Source of the DNA: Actinomycetes bacterium
GTDB taxonomy: Bacteria > Actinomycetota > Actinomycetes > JAHEKZ01
Length of the DNA: 64,000 nt
NCBI GenBank assembly: GCA_024644345.1
Contig: JAHELE010000001.1
Location: 18,659-82,658, forward strand
Reading direction: 5' to 3'
Shown here: positions 50,001 through 59,707 of the stretch, one piece after another
Position numbering within the stretch: the first letter of the stretch is position 1
How the letters are laid out: each line of letters starts with the position of its first letter
Program-made: the position numbers and the translations under genes
Notes under the pieces: generated by a model
What the model was told of the DNA's origin: nothing
The model's database searches: none
The model's input: the letters and a program-made list of their open reading frames with translations, nothing else

Positions 50001-51230
50001 ATGACCGACTCATACCCCACCACGCCCCTGCCCGAACGCCCCGACGAGGGCGAGAACGTCTCCCACACCGAAGAGGTGCCACTGCCCCCACAGAACCCGT
50101 GGGCGCCACCGGCGCCGCCGGTAGCCACCTCGGCCGCGAAGGCTGGCTCTCGGCGGACCGGTCTCGGCGTCGTGCTGGCGACCAGCCTGCTGGCAGGCAC
50201 ACTCGGCGCCGGGATCGGTGCTGCCGCCGTTATCGCGACCGACGACAACCTGTCGACCTCGCCGACAACGACCGCGAGCGACATCGGCGACGTCTCGACA
50301 GCAGCCCTGCCCGACGGCAGCGTCGCCCGCGTTGCCGACCAGGTACTCCCGAGCGTGGTGTCGATCCAGTTCAGCGGCTCGCAGGGCGGCGGCTCGGGTT
50401 CGGGCATCGTGATCGACGAGTCCGGACTGATCCTGACCAACAACCACGTCGTCGAGGGCGCAGCCGACGGCGGGTCACTCACGGTCGCCTTCCAGGACGG
50501 CACATCCACCAGTGCCGAGATCGTCGGACGCGACCCCAGCTCAGACCTTGCGGTGATTCGAGTTGACGGAGTCGACGGACTCAAGGCCGTCGCCCTCGGG
50601 TCGTCTGACTCTCTGCGGGTCGGCGAGACCGTCGTTGCGATCGGTTCACCGCTCGGACTGAACGGAACGGTCACCACCGGGATCGTCAGTGCCAAGAACC
50701 GGCCGGTTCTGCCCGGTGACTCAGCAGGAGACCAGTCAGTGCTGAACGCCATCCAGACCGACGCGGCCATCAACCCAGGAAACTCCGGGGGCGCCCTGGT
50801 CAACCTCAAGGGTGAGCTGGTCGGAGTCAACTCCGCCATCGCCACTCTTGGGGCCTCACCCGGCAGTCAGGCAGGAAGCATCGGTCTCGGCTTCGCCATC
50901 CCGATCGACGAGGCGAAGTGGATCTCCGACCAGCTGATCAAGAACGGGTCGGTGCAGCATGCCCGACTCGGCGTCTCGGTCGAGAGCGCAGCGGGCGACG
51001 TGCGGGGAGCAGTGGTCAAGACGGTTGAACCCGGCAGCACCGCCGATGACCTTGGTATCCAGGTCGACGACGTGATCACCGGTTTCGGCGCCCAGGGGAT
51101 CGACTCGGCCGACGCACTCGTGGCCGCGGTTCGTTCCGCAGAGCCCGGTACGACAGTGACCGTGACGCTGGTACGCGGAGGCGACACCAAGAGCTTCGAC
51201 GTCACCTTGGCGGCTGAGCAGACCAGCTGA
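50001..51230 (+). CDS. pepD: HtrA/DegP-family trypsin-like serine protease with PDZ domain (PepD-like)
   Basis: TM anchor. Catalytic triad context (TNNHVV...D...GNSGGALV). C-terminal PDZ domain. Confidence 0.85.
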   Translation: MTDSYPTTPLPERPDEGENVSHTEEVPLPPQNPWAPPAPPVATSAAKAGSRRTGLGVVLATSLLAGTLGAGIGAAAVIATDDNLSTSPTTTASDIGDVSTAALPDGSVARVADQVLPSVVSIQFSGSQGGGSGSGIVIDESGLILTNNHVVEGAADGGSLTVAFQDGTSTSAEIVGRDPSSDLAVIRVDGVDGLKAVALGSSDSLRVGETVVAIGSPLGLNGTVTTGIVSAKNRPVLPGDSAGDQSVLNAIQTDAAINPGNSGGALVNLKGELVGVNSAIATLGASPGSQAGSIGLGFAIPIDEAKWISDQLIKNGSVQHARLGVSVESAAGDVRGAVVKTVEPGSTADDLGIQVDDVITGFGAQGIDSADALVAAVRSAEPGTTVTVTLVRGGDTKSFDVTLAAEQTS

Positions 51231-51244
51231 CCCCAGTCCCTCGT

Positions 51245-51284
51245 CCGGAGCGGCGCCCCCTCCCCTCGACAGGCGCCGCTCCGG
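51245..51284 (+). terminator. GC-rich hairpin (13-bp perfect stem, 14-nt loop) downstream of pepD, candidate intrinsic terminator
   Basis: CCGGAGCGGCGCC-N14-GGCGCCGCTCCGG, 15 nt after the pepD stop. No U-tract, which is common for actinobacterial terminators. Confidence 0.35.
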
Positions 51285-51320
51285 ACGTGGCTTGTCGGAT
51301 ACCCGTCCTAGGCTCACGCC

Positions 51321-51977
51321 ATGACGACCCTCTGGCTGATCCGCCACGGCGAAGCGCACGTCAACCAGCCGAACGACGACGGCACCTACTCACTGATCGA
51401 CCGCCACGGCCTTACCGAACAGGGGGTCGAGCAGGCCACCAAGCTGCGCGACCGCCTGGTTCGCGAGCAGGTCCGTCCCGATGTGGTCGTCAGCAGCAGC
51501 TTCCGGCGGGCGCTGCAGACGGCGATGATCGTATGCGCGGGGCTCGACGTCGAGCCCGTGGTCAACGACGAAATCCAGGAATGGCGACCCGGGGACGACG
51601 CCGAGGTGATCCCCGTCGCCGACGCACTCGGATCATGGAGCCGAATCCTCGCCGGGCACGATCACGACGTCCGCATCACACCTGGCTCCGAGTCGCACAA
51701 CGAGTTCCTCGGCAGGGCCGACCGTGCGCTGCTGCAACTAGCCGACGACTATCCCGACCATACGGTGCTCGTCTTCACCCACGGCGGCGTCATCGGCCGG
51801 TCGTTCGTCACCTTCCTCGGTCTTCCCCCGCGCAGCTCACTGGTAGGCATTCGCAGCCAGCACACATCGATCACCGAGTGGCGCCGCTCGCCACTACAGC
51901 CAGAGCACGAGCACCCCGAACCGATCTGGCAGCTCAACCGCTACAACGACGTCTCGCACCTCGGTGACGCCTACTGA
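51321..51977 (+). CDS. histidine phosphatase family protein (phosphoglycerate mutase-like)
   Basis: RHGE catalytic motif (LWLIRHGEAHVN) and a second His (FTHGGVIG). Confidence 0.75.
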   Translation: MTTLWLIRHGEAHVNQPNDDGTYSLIDRHGLTEQGVEQATKLRDRLVREQVRPDVVVSSSFRRALQTAMIVCAGLDVEPVVNDEIQEWRPGDDAEVIPVADALGSWSRILAGHDHDVRITPGSESHNEFLGRADRALLQLADDYPDHTVLVFTHGGVIGRSFVTFLGLPPRSSLVGIRSQHTSITEWRRSPLQPEHEHPEPIWQLNRYNDVSHLGDAY

Positions 51978-51981
51978 TACT

Positions 51982-53388
51982 TCAGGCGGTCGGCATGCCC
52001 TTCTGCACCTGGTCGGAGGCGTACTGCACCGCCTCACCGACGATGTCGACGATCCGACCGAGCATCTGCTCATCGGCGATCAGCGGTGGAGAGAGCTGCA
52101 CCACCGGGTCTCCCCTGTCATCCAGACGGCAGAGCAGGCCGTCGTCGTAGAGCCGCGCCGACAGCACCTGGCGGAGCAGCCAGTCGGCCTCGTCACCCTC
52201 GAAGGTCTGCTTGGTGTCACGGTCCTTGACCATCTCAAGCGCCCAGAAGTAGCCGACGCCGCGTACGTCTCCGACGAGCGGGATCGAGCGCAGCTCGTTC
52301 AGCCGCTTCTCGAGGTAGGCCTCGTTCGACCGGACGTTCTCCACCACTCCCTCGCGGTCGTAGATGTCAAGCACCTTGAGGCCGATCGCTGCTGAGACCG
52401 GGTGTCCGCTGTAGGTGGTGCCGTGGTTGTAGAAGGCCTTACCCGTGACGAACGGCTCGGCCACGCGGTCGTGCACGATGACTCCGCCGAGGGGAGCCAT
52501 GCCCGCGGTCGCACCCTTGGCGAACACGATGAAGTCGGGCTGAATGTCGTACCGAATGGAACCGAACCACTCGCCGGTGCGCCCGAATCCGGTGATGACC
52601 TCGTCGGCGGTCAGCAGCGCCCCGTACTTGTCGGCGAGCGCTCGCAGTCCCGCCCAGTAGCCCTCGGGCGGTGTGAAACAGCCACCGGAGTTCTGCACCG
52701 GCTCGGCGATGATCAGCGCCACCTCGTCCGGACCGGCGTCGATGATCGCCTGCTCCATCTCCTCCAGCAGTGCCTGGGTGAAGGCCGCCGGGTCATCGCC
52801 CTTGGGGTGTCGGTAGGCGTTGGTCTCGCTGACGTGCGTGACGTCGATCGGCAGTGGGGCGAATTCGACACGGCACGACTCAATGCCGGTGAAGGAGAGC
52901 GCTCCAAGACTCGTGCCGTGGTAGGCGGTGTTGCGCGCAATGGCCTTCGTACGCTGAGGCTGTCCGTTTGCCTGGTGCCAGTTGCGCACCATCTTCCACA
53001 TCGACTCGTTGGCCTCACCGCCGCCGGTCGTGAAGTAGACGCGGTTGAGCCCCTCCGGGGCGAGGTTTGCGATCCGCTCGGCCAGCTCAGCGGCGCGGGG
53101 GTGGGCGACGTACCACGTGGAGGTGTAGGCGAGCTCCTCCATCTGGGCCTTGGCCGCATCGCCGACCTCACTGCCGAAGTCGTGGCCGATGTTGGCGCAG
53201 TAGAGGCCCGAGAGCCCGTCGATGAACCGGCGTCCATGGACGTCGATCAGCTCGCACCCCTCGCCTCTGACGAAGACCGGGATGTCGGTGTCCTTGTAGT
53301 TACCCATGTCGGTGAAGTTGAGGAACAGGTGGTCACGTACCTGCCGCTGGACCACCGCCGCGTCGACGGGCTGACCTGGACCTGACAT
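51982..53388 (-). CDS. class-III pyridoxal-phosphate-dependent aminotransferase (omega-amino acid/diamine aminotransferase family)
   Basis: PLP-lysine region (DEVITGFGRTGEWFG...FAKGATAG). The ATG at 53388 has a GGGAG RBS. The 671-aa track ORF is an in-frame upstream extension. Confidence 0.85.
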   Translation of the reverse strand: MSGPGQPVDAAVVQRQVRDHLFLNFTDMGNYKDTDIPVFVRGEGCELIDVHGRRFIDGLSGLYCANIGHDFGSEVGDAAKAQMEELAYTSTWYVAHPRAAELAERIANLAPEGLNRVYFTTGGGEANESMWKMVRNWHQANGQPQRTKAIARNTAYHGTSLGALSFTGIESCRVEFAPLPIDVTHVSETNAYRHPKGDDPAAFTQALLEEMEQAIIDAGPDEVALIIAEPVQNSGGCFTPPEGYWAGLRALADKYGALLTADEVITGFGRTGEWFGSIRYDIQPDFIVFAKGATAGMAPLGGVIVHDRVAEPFVTGKAFYNHGTTYSGHPVSAAIGLKVLDIYDREGVVENVRSNEAYLEKRLNELRSIPLVGDVRGVGYFWALEMVKDRDTKQTFEGDEADWLLRQVLSARLYDDGLLCRLDDRGDPVVQLSPPLIADEQMLGRIVDIVGEAVQYASDQVQKGMPTA

Positions 53389-53434
53389 GACTCCCACTTT
53401 CCCGACCGCCGAGCGGCGATCTGTTTGACCATTG

Positions 53435-53452
53435 CCTGACTGTTCAGTCAGG
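53435..53452. promoter_or_regulatory. perfect palindrome CCTGACTG-TT-CAGTCAGG in the divergent aminotransferase / acyl-CoA dehydrogenase intergenic region
   Basis: 8-bp arms with a 2-bp centre. A TTGACC hexamer lies just upstream. Confidence 0.35.
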
Positions 53453-53503
53453 ATACCCCCGCTGATATTCTCGGCATCCCACCACGCCAGATTGAGGATT
53501 CCC

Positions 53504-54694
53504 GTGACCCACGCCGCGTCGGCCAGGGCCGACCTGCCCCCTACCCTCCGTGACCTGCAGGAACGGGCCAGACGGTACGTCGACGAGGTCCTGATCCCGC
53601 TGGAGGAAAAGGCTGAGCGCGCCGGGGGGCCGCTTCCGGCGGAGGACGTCCAGCGCATCCGCCAGACCGCCCTCGACGCCGGTCTGGCTGGCGGTCTGCA
53701 CAGCCCCGAGCACGGTGGCCAGGGGTGGTCCACCACCGAGTGGCTTCTGGTCGAGGAGCAGTTCGGGCGCAACACCAACGGCATCAGCTGGTACATGCCC
53801 ACCGCGTACAACGTCTGGAAGTCGGCCAGCCCAGAGCTGATCGACCGCTGGCTGCGTCCCGCTCTCAAGGGCGAGCTGCACGACGCGTACGCCGTCACCG
53901 AGGCCGAGGCCGGGTCAGATCCCTCCGGGATCTCCACGGTCGCGCACCGCACCGACGACGGCGGGTTCGTGCTCAACGGCGAGAAGTGGTTCGTCACCTA
54001 CGGCTCGGTGGCTGCGGTCATCATCGTGATGGCCAACGTCGTCGACGGGGACCAACGGCTTCCCACCCTCTTCGCAGTGCCGGCTGACGCCCCTGGGGTC
54101 TCGATCGTCGACGATCCCCCCTTCACCCACGCGTACCCGCACGGACACCCCACGATGCTCTTTGCCGACGTCAAGGTCGAAGCCGAGGACGTGATTGGTG
54201 GCGTCGGCGAGGGCAACAACCTGCAGCGCATGTGGTTCACCGAGGAGCGCATCGGCATCGCGGCCCGCTGCGTCGGAGCGATGCAGCGACTGATCACCGA
54301 GACAACGGACTGGGCGATCAACCGCGAGCAGGGCGGTGCCCGGCTGATCGACCACCAGGGCGTGTCGTTCCCGCTCGCCGATTCAGCGGCCGACGCCGCG
54401 GCGGGGCGCCTGATGGTCTTCGACATCGCAGCCCTCAAAGAGTCCGGCGCCGACTCCAAGCTGATCCATGGCAAGGCCTCCATGGCCAAGCTGTTCTGCT
54501 CGGAGGCGGCCAACCGGTGCGCGGACCGGTCGGTCCAGATCTTCGGCGGACGCGGCTACATGCGCACCAACGTCGCCGAGCGGTTCTGGCGCGAGCTGCG
54601 CGTCGACCGCATCTGGGAGGGCACGAGCGAGATCCAGCGCCTCATCGTCGCCCGTAGTCTCGAGCGGCGCGGCGTCGACGCGATGCTCAGTTGA
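53504..54694 (+). CDS. acyl-CoA dehydrogenase family protein
   Basis: ACAD N, middle and C domains (AYAVTEAEAGSD...; catalytic-base region IWEGTSEIQRLIVARSL). GTG at 53504 with a GAGGA RBS. Confidence 0.85.
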   Translation: MTHAASARADLPPTLRDLQERARRYVDEVLIPLEEKAERAGGPLPAEDVQRIRQTALDAGLAGGLHSPEHGGQGWSTTEWLLVEEQFGRNTNGISWYMPTAYNVWKSASPELIDRWLRPALKGELHDAYAVTEAEAGSDPSGISTVAHRTDDGGFVLNGEKWFVTYGSVAAVIIVMANVVDGDQRLPTLFAVPADAPGVSIVDDPPFTHAYPHGHPTMLFADVKVEAEDVIGGVGEGNNLQRMWFTEERIGIAARCVGAMQRLITETTDWAINREQGGARLIDHQGVSFPLADSAADAAAGRLMVFDIAALKESGADSKLIHGKASMAKLFCSEAANRCADRSVQIFGGRGYMRTNVAERFWRELRVDRIWEGTSEIQRLIVARSLERRGVDAMLS

Positions 54695-56739
54695 GTCAGA
54701 CCATGCAGCTCGACCGCCTCTTCCGACCGACGTCCATCGCTGTCGTGGGCGCCACCGACCGCCCCGGCTCGTACGGCAACGCGGCGGTGAGCAACCTCGT
54801 CGCCGCTGGATTCACCGGCCGCTTGGTCGGCGTCCATCCCACCCGGCGCGAGGTCCACGGAGTCGCCTGCGTGCCTTCGCTGGACGAGCTCGGTGGTCCC
54901 GTGGACGCTGTCGTCGTCGCCACCCCCGCCGACACGGTTCCCGATCTGCTGGACACCGCCGGACGCATGGGATGCGGTGGTGCCGTCGTGTTCGCGGCCG
55001 ACTTCGCCGAGACCGGTCGCACGGACCGACAAGAGGCACTGGTCGCCGCGGCCGCACGCCACGACCTGCCGGTGATCGGCCCGAACGGCAACGGGATCGT
55101 GGCGCTGAGCAGCCGCGCGCCCATGTGGGGTGACAAGGTCGTCCCGAAACCAGCCGGCGCCGTGGCTCTCATCACCCAGAGCGGCAACGTCGGCGTGATC
55201 GGGCTTGCCAGCGACCGGGGGATCAGCTGGCACACCGTCGTCAGTGTGGGCAACAGCGCCGTCGTGGACGCCGCCGAGTGCCTCTCCTACCTCGCCGGCG
55301 CCGATGGCGTCCGGTCAGTCGCCCTCTACCTGGAGGGCGATGGGGATGGCGCACGATGGGCGGAGGCCTTCGCACGGTGCGCCGAGAACGACGTTCGGAT
55401 CGCCGTCCTGAAGGCGGGGCGAAGCGCCGCCGGAGCGGTAGCAGGTGGCGCACACACCGCCGCGGTCGCCGGTGACCACCGGATCTTCGCGTCGCTGGTG
55501 GCCGAGGCAGGTGGTGCGTGGTGCCACGACCCGCACGAACTTCTGGAGACCGCCAAGCTGCTGGCGACACCGCGCCCCGCCACGTCCGGTGGTCTCGCGG
55601 TCGTGACGTGTTCCGGTGGGGACTCGGTGATCACTGCGGACGAGGCGGACCGGCTCGACGTCCCGCTCGCCACCTTCTCGCCGGCAACGCAGGCAGCCCT
55701 TGCCGAGCTGTTGCCGGACGGCGTGCAGCCCACCAACCCACTCGACCACACCAACATGCTCTGGGCCGACATTCCGCGTGTTCGGGCGCTCGTCGAGACC
55801 GTGGCATCAGACCCCGGCGTCAACCAGGTTCTCTACGTGCAGGACACCCCACCGGATCTCGACGACAGCGACGCTGCCGAGTGGAAGGCCACCCGTGACG
55901 GAATGGTCACCGCACACATCCCCGGGGTCGGGAAGGCGCTGGCTTCCGGGCTCCCCGAGATGCTCCCCTCACCGGCCGGCCAGTCGTGGGGCGAGCACGG
56001 GGTGACCGCCCTGGCGGGCATTCCTACTGCCCTGGCAGCGCTGCGCGCGCACACCTTGACATCCTGCTCGGCTGAGCACTTGCGGGCGATCGCCACCGCA
56101 ACGGTGCCGACCGCACCAGGCGCCTGGTTCTCCGAGCATGAGGGCAAGGCCCTTTTGGCGTCCCACGGCGTCACTGTTCCGGTCGGGCGAACGGCCGCCT
56201 CGGCCGACGACGCCGTTTCCGCGGCGGCCGAGCTCGAGGGTGCGGTGGCGATGAAGATCAGCCATGCGGAGATCCAGCACAAGACCGACATCGGCGGTGT
56301 GGTTCTTGGCCTCACCGATCCCCAACGCATGCACGTTGCGGCCGAACAGCTCTTGGCACTTCGACCTGACGGCACGGTCTTGGTCGAGCAGATGGCATCG
56401 CCTGGAACGGAGATGCTGGTCTCGGCGACCCGGGACGGTGTCGTCCCAGCGCTCGTCATCGGAACCGGCGGCATCTGGACCGAGCTGATGCAGGACGTCG
56501 TCGTGATCCCCCTCCCGGCCGATGCTGCCCGCATCGGTGACGCACTGCAGACCCTGACGAGCTACCCGTTGCTGGCCGGTGGTCGCGGAAGGACGCCACT
56601 TGCCGTTGATGCACTGTGCGAGCTGGCCGCTGCGGTCGGCAGGGCCCTGCTTGGGGAAGGTCTGACCCTCGTCGAGCTCAATCCAGTGATCGTCACGGAG
56701 ACGTCTGCCGTCGCAGTCGACGCCGTCGTGCGTCGCTAG
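54691..56739 (+). CDS. ADP-forming acyl-CoA synthetase (NDP-forming; CoA-binding + succinyl-CoA-synthetase-like + ATP-grasp domains)
   Basis: SIAVVGATDRPGSYG...VIGPNGNGIV...ITQSGNVG followed by a C-terminal ATP-grasp domain. The TTG at 54691 overlaps the ACAD stop. An alternative ATG lies at 54703. Confidence 0.75.
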   Translation: MSQTMQLDRLFRPTSIAVVGATDRPGSYGNAAVSNLVAAGFTGRLVGVHPTRREVHGVACVPSLDELGGPVDAVVVATPADTVPDLLDTAGRMGCGGAVVFAADFAETGRTDRQEALVAAAARHDLPVIGPNGNGIVALSSRAPMWGDKVVPKPAGAVALITQSGNVGVIGLASDRGISWHTVVSVGNSAVVDAAECLSYLAGADGVRSVALYLEGDGDGARWAEAFARCAENDVRIAVLKAGRSAAGAVAGGAHTAAVAGDHRIFASLVAEAGGAWCHDPHELLETAKLLATPRPATSGGLAVVTCSGGDSVITADEADRLDVPLATFSPATQAALAELLPDGVQPTNPLDHTNMLWADIPRVRALVETVASDPGVNQVLYVQDTPPDLDDSDAAEWKATRDGMVTAHIPGVGKALASGLPEMLPSPAGQSWGEHGVTALAGIPTALAALRAHTLTSCSAEHLRAIATATVPTAPGAWFSEHEGKALLASHGVTVPVGRTAASADDAVSAAAELEGAVAMKISHAEIQHKTDIGGVVLGLTDPQRMHVAAEQLLALRPDGTVLVEQMASPGTEMLVSATRDGVVPALVIGTGGIWTELMQDVVVIPLPADAARIGDALQTLTSYPLLAGGRGRTPLAVDALCELAAAVGRALLGEGLTLVELNPVIVTETSAVAVDAVVRR

Positions 56740-56813
56740 AGGCCGGTGCATCCTCGTCACAGATGCCGGTCGATCGAATGAGAGTTGTCAGTGGTGGATG
56801 GGACTGTGGGCGC

Positions 56814-58070
56814 ATGACTTCACCAGCCACGACCATCGGCGACCAGGCCACCGACCTGCTCGCTGGAATCTTCCCCATCCGGCCGTGGAGCGACTCAGAC
56901 CTCGCTGAGCTGTTGAGCCAGCTTGAGCGCGTCGCCCACGCAGCCCAGGCGATTCAGGCCGAGGTGATGGGTGAGATCGCGCACCGCGCGGAGCAAGCGG
57001 ATCGGCAGGAAGAGCAGCGTAGGGGTCGGCCCCTGATGCCCCAGGAGTCACGGTCGGAGTACGTAGCGGACGAGATCGCGGCAACGCTCGCCATCACCAA
57101 GGTTGATGCGTCGCGTCGATACGGTCTGGCACTGTCCGCGGCTGACCATCCCGCCGTCCTCACCCGGTGGCGCGGTGGAGCCCTCAGCGCCCGCAAGGTG
57201 CAGACCATCTGCGAGGGACTCATCGACGTATCGGCGCCAGCGGTTGAGGCGCTAGCCGATCAGGCCGCCAGGTATGCCGAGACACACACTGCTCCCGAGC
57301 TTCGACGCTGGCTCTCACGCCGAGTCATTGCGGCCGACCCCGGAATGGCCGAGATCCGACGAGCGAGGGCGGTGGCCGACCGCAGGGTGACGGTCACGCC
57401 GCTCCCCGATGGTGTCTCCGAGCTCTATGCGCTGCTCCCAAGCGTTCAGGCCCGGCAGGTGTACGACAGCGTGAACGCCCTCGCCCGGGCCAGCGAAGAG
57501 GGCGACGTCCGAACGATGGATCAGCGACGCGCAGACGCACTGATCGACCTCTTGGTGGGCAGGGTCGAACCGCCCCCGGTCGCCATTCAGGTGGTCATGA
57601 CGTCCGACACCCTTCTGGGCGAGAGCGCCGGGCCGGCAGAGGTCGCCGGCGTGGGTCCGATCACCAGCGCCGAAGCTCTCGACCTGGCAGGCACAACCGA
57701 TCACGACGTCGCCTTCCGCCGGATGGTCACCGACCCCGACACCGGCTACCTGCTCCATATCGCTGAAAGGCAGTACCGCCCGTCCGCCGGGTTGGACCGA
57801 GCTGTCCGCGCACGCGATCGCGTCTGCCGATTCCCAGGCTGCTCCCGACCGGCGACCAGACATCAGGGCACCGACCTTGACCACACGACCCCATGGCCCC
57901 GCGGCCAGACCGTCGCGTCGAACCTTGCCGTTCTCTGCCGGCACCATCATCTGCTCAAACACTCTCCGGGGTGGACAGCCGAGCTTTATGCAGACGGCGT
58001 GATGAAGTGGACGTCGCCCAGTGGAAAGACGTTCCGGACAGAACCTTGGGTGTACACCGACACCGGATAG
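56814..58070 (+). CDS. DUF222-HNH endonuclease (REP13E12-family-like)
   Basis: C-terminal HNH motif (CRFPGCSRPATRHQGTDLDHTTPWPRGQTVASNLAVLCRHHHLLKH). The N-terminal DUF222 region is typical of mycobacterial 13E12 repeat proteins. An alternative start lies at 56763. Confidence 0.75.
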   Translation: MTSPATTIGDQATDLLAGIFPIRPWSDSDLAELLSQLERVAHAAQAIQAEVMGEIAHRAEQADRQEEQRRGRPLMPQESRSEYVADEIAATLAITKVDASRRYGLALSAADHPAVLTRWRGGALSARKVQTICEGLIDVSAPAVEALADQAARYAETHTAPELRRWLSRRVIAADPGMAEIRRARAVADRRVTVTPLPDGVSELYALLPSVQARQVYDSVNALARASEEGDVRTMDQRRADALIDLLVGRVEPPPVAIQVVMTSDTLLGESAGPAEVAGVGPITSAEALDLAGTTDHDVAFRRMVTDPDTGYLLHIAERQYRPSAGLDRAVRARDRVCRFPGCSRPATRHQGTDLDHTTPWPRGQTVASNLAVLCRHHHLLKHSPGWTAELYADGVMKWTSPSGKTFRTEPWVYTDTG

Positions 58071-58081
58071 TGCGTCGACCT

Positions 58082-59542
58082 CTAACCCAACCGCTTCATG
58101 ACCAACTGTGCGGCGCTGCGGCCACACATGCCATGCACGCCCCCGCCCGGAGGTGTGGACGACGAACAGATGAAGAGGCTCGGATCCGGCGTGGCCCAAG
58201 GGGCCAACGACAGGCGCGGACGCGCCGCCATCTGGCGCCAGTCCGAGACGCCACCGGCGATGTCACCACCGACCTCGTTCGCGTTGTGGGCCTCCAGCGC
58301 GGCGGGGCCCATGACGTGCCGCGCGAGCACACGGTCACCGAATCCTGGGGCGAACCGCTCAATCTGCCGCTCGATGGCGTCGGTCATGTCGACGTCGCAT
58401 CCGTTCGGCACGTGGCAGTAGGCCCAGAGCGTGTGTCGCCCGGCCGGAGCACGAGACGGGTCTGCCGCTGAGGCCTGGGCCACGAGGACATAGGGCCGCT
58501 CGGGCACTCTCCCCTGGGCAACATCACGCTCCGAAGCGGCCATCTCGGCGAAACTCGCTCCGAGGTGCACCGTGCCGGCTCCTGCAAGCCGCTCGTCAGC
58601 CCAGGGCACCGGGGCATCTAGCGCCCAGTCCACCTTGAACACTCCGCTGCCGTAGCGCCACTCAGCCAGGCGCCTCCGGTAGGCCTGCGGGAAGCGCTCC
58701 CCAGCAATCCGGAGGACCTGGCGTGGGGTGAGGTCGAAGAGCACGGCCCGGGCGGCGGGCACGTCCGCCATGGAGGCAACGGGGTGCCCCGTGCGTACCT
58801 CGCCGCCCAGCGACTCCAGCCGACGAACGAGCGCATCCGCGATCGACTGGGACCCGCCCACAGCAACGGGCCATCCCACACCATGCGCCAGACCCCCCAG
58901 CAACAGCCCTACTGCCGACGTCAGGGGCGCTGCGAGGTCGAGCGTGGCGTGCGCCGCCAGTCCCCCGAAGAGCGCACGCGCCGGTTCATCGCGAAAGATG
59001 GTCTTGACGAACCAACTGCTCGGCCAGAGACCGGCCGCACCGAACAGGCCGGTCGTCACAGGAGCCCGGGGGGGTACTGCCAACGGCTCCAGCACGCCAT
59101 CGGACACCGCCACCCATCGCCTCCCGGCGCTGCCGACCGTACGTGCCCAGGCGGCACCATCACGTCCGAGCTGGGCCGCCGTGGCATCGACGTCTTGATG
59201 CAGCAGCAACGAGCGACCCAAGTCCAGGGGGTGCCCCAGCGGAATTTTCGGGTGGACCAGGCGTAGCCCCTCGCGTTCAAGTCCCAGTTCGCGAAACGCC
59301 GGCGACGCCAGAGCCAATGGGTGGGCGGTCGAGCAGACATCGTGGTGGAAGCCCGGCAAGGTCAGCTGCTCGGTACGCGTTCCGCCGCCGTACTGTTCAG
59401 CGGCCTCGAGGACCAGCACCTTCCATCCGGCCTCGGCCAGTGTGACGGCCGCCACAAGCCCGTTCGGCCCCGAACCCACGACGACCGCGTCCACGTCAGG
59501 GGTGGGGAGGCGGCCCGGTGTTGGCGCGGCATTGGATGTCAC
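58082..59542 (-). CDS. FAD-dependent oxidoreductase of the phytoene-desaturase (CrtI-like) family
   Basis: N-terminal FAD Rossmann motif (DAVVVGSGPNGLVAAVTLAEAGWKVLVLEA...GG). Confidence 0.7.
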   Translation of the reverse strand: MTSNAAPTPGRLPTPDVDAVVVGSGPNGLVAAVTLAEAGWKVLVLEAAEQYGGGTRTEQLTLPGFHHDVCSTAHPLALASPAFRELGLEREGLRLVHPKIPLGHPLDLGRSLLLHQDVDATAAQLGRDGAAWARTVGSAGRRWVAVSDGVLEPLAVPPRAPVTTGLFGAAGLWPSSWFVKTIFRDEPARALFGGLAAHATLDLAAPLTSAVGLLLGGLAHGVGWPVAVGGSQSIADALVRRLESLGGEVRTGHPVASMADVPAARAVLFDLTPRQVLRIAGERFPQAYRRRLAEWRYGSGVFKVDWALDAPVPWADERLAGAGTVHLGASFAEMAASERDVAQGRVPERPYVLVAQASAADPSRAPAGRHTLWAYCHVPNGCDVDMTDAIERQIERFAPGFGDRVLARHVMGPAALEAHNANEVGGDIAGGVSDWRQMAARPRLSLAPWATPDPSLFICSSSTPPGGGVHGMCGRSAAQLVMKRLG

Positions 59543-59599
59543 GCCTCCACTCTCTCAGGTACCACAGATTCCGTCAGGGCCGAGAGGCGATCATGGTGA

Positions 59600-59624
59600 C
59601 ACCGCCGGTAACATCAAGGCGGTG
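59600..59624 (+). promoter_or_regulatory. stem-loop (CACCGCC-N11-GGCGGTG) in the sdhC 5' leader / divergent region
   Basis: 7-bp perfect stem about 85 nt upstream of sdhC. Confidence 0.25.
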
Positions 59625-59707
59625 CGGTCAGACACTCGCACCGGTCGTCATCGCCGCTCAGGCGACACCAGGCAGCGGCCCGAGCAACTCGACAACGGAG
59701 GCGTCAG

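Noticed and set aside
51982-53997. 671-aa ORF-track call for the aminotransferase. Similar N-terminal extensions occur at 47552-48565, 56616-58070, 35448-36212, 43476-44168 and 17456-18475.
   Set aside because: The upstream extensions are compositionally non-coding (R/S/P-rich) and overlap neighbouring genes. Internal ATG/GTG starts with Shine-Dalgarno sequences give proteins of canonical length.
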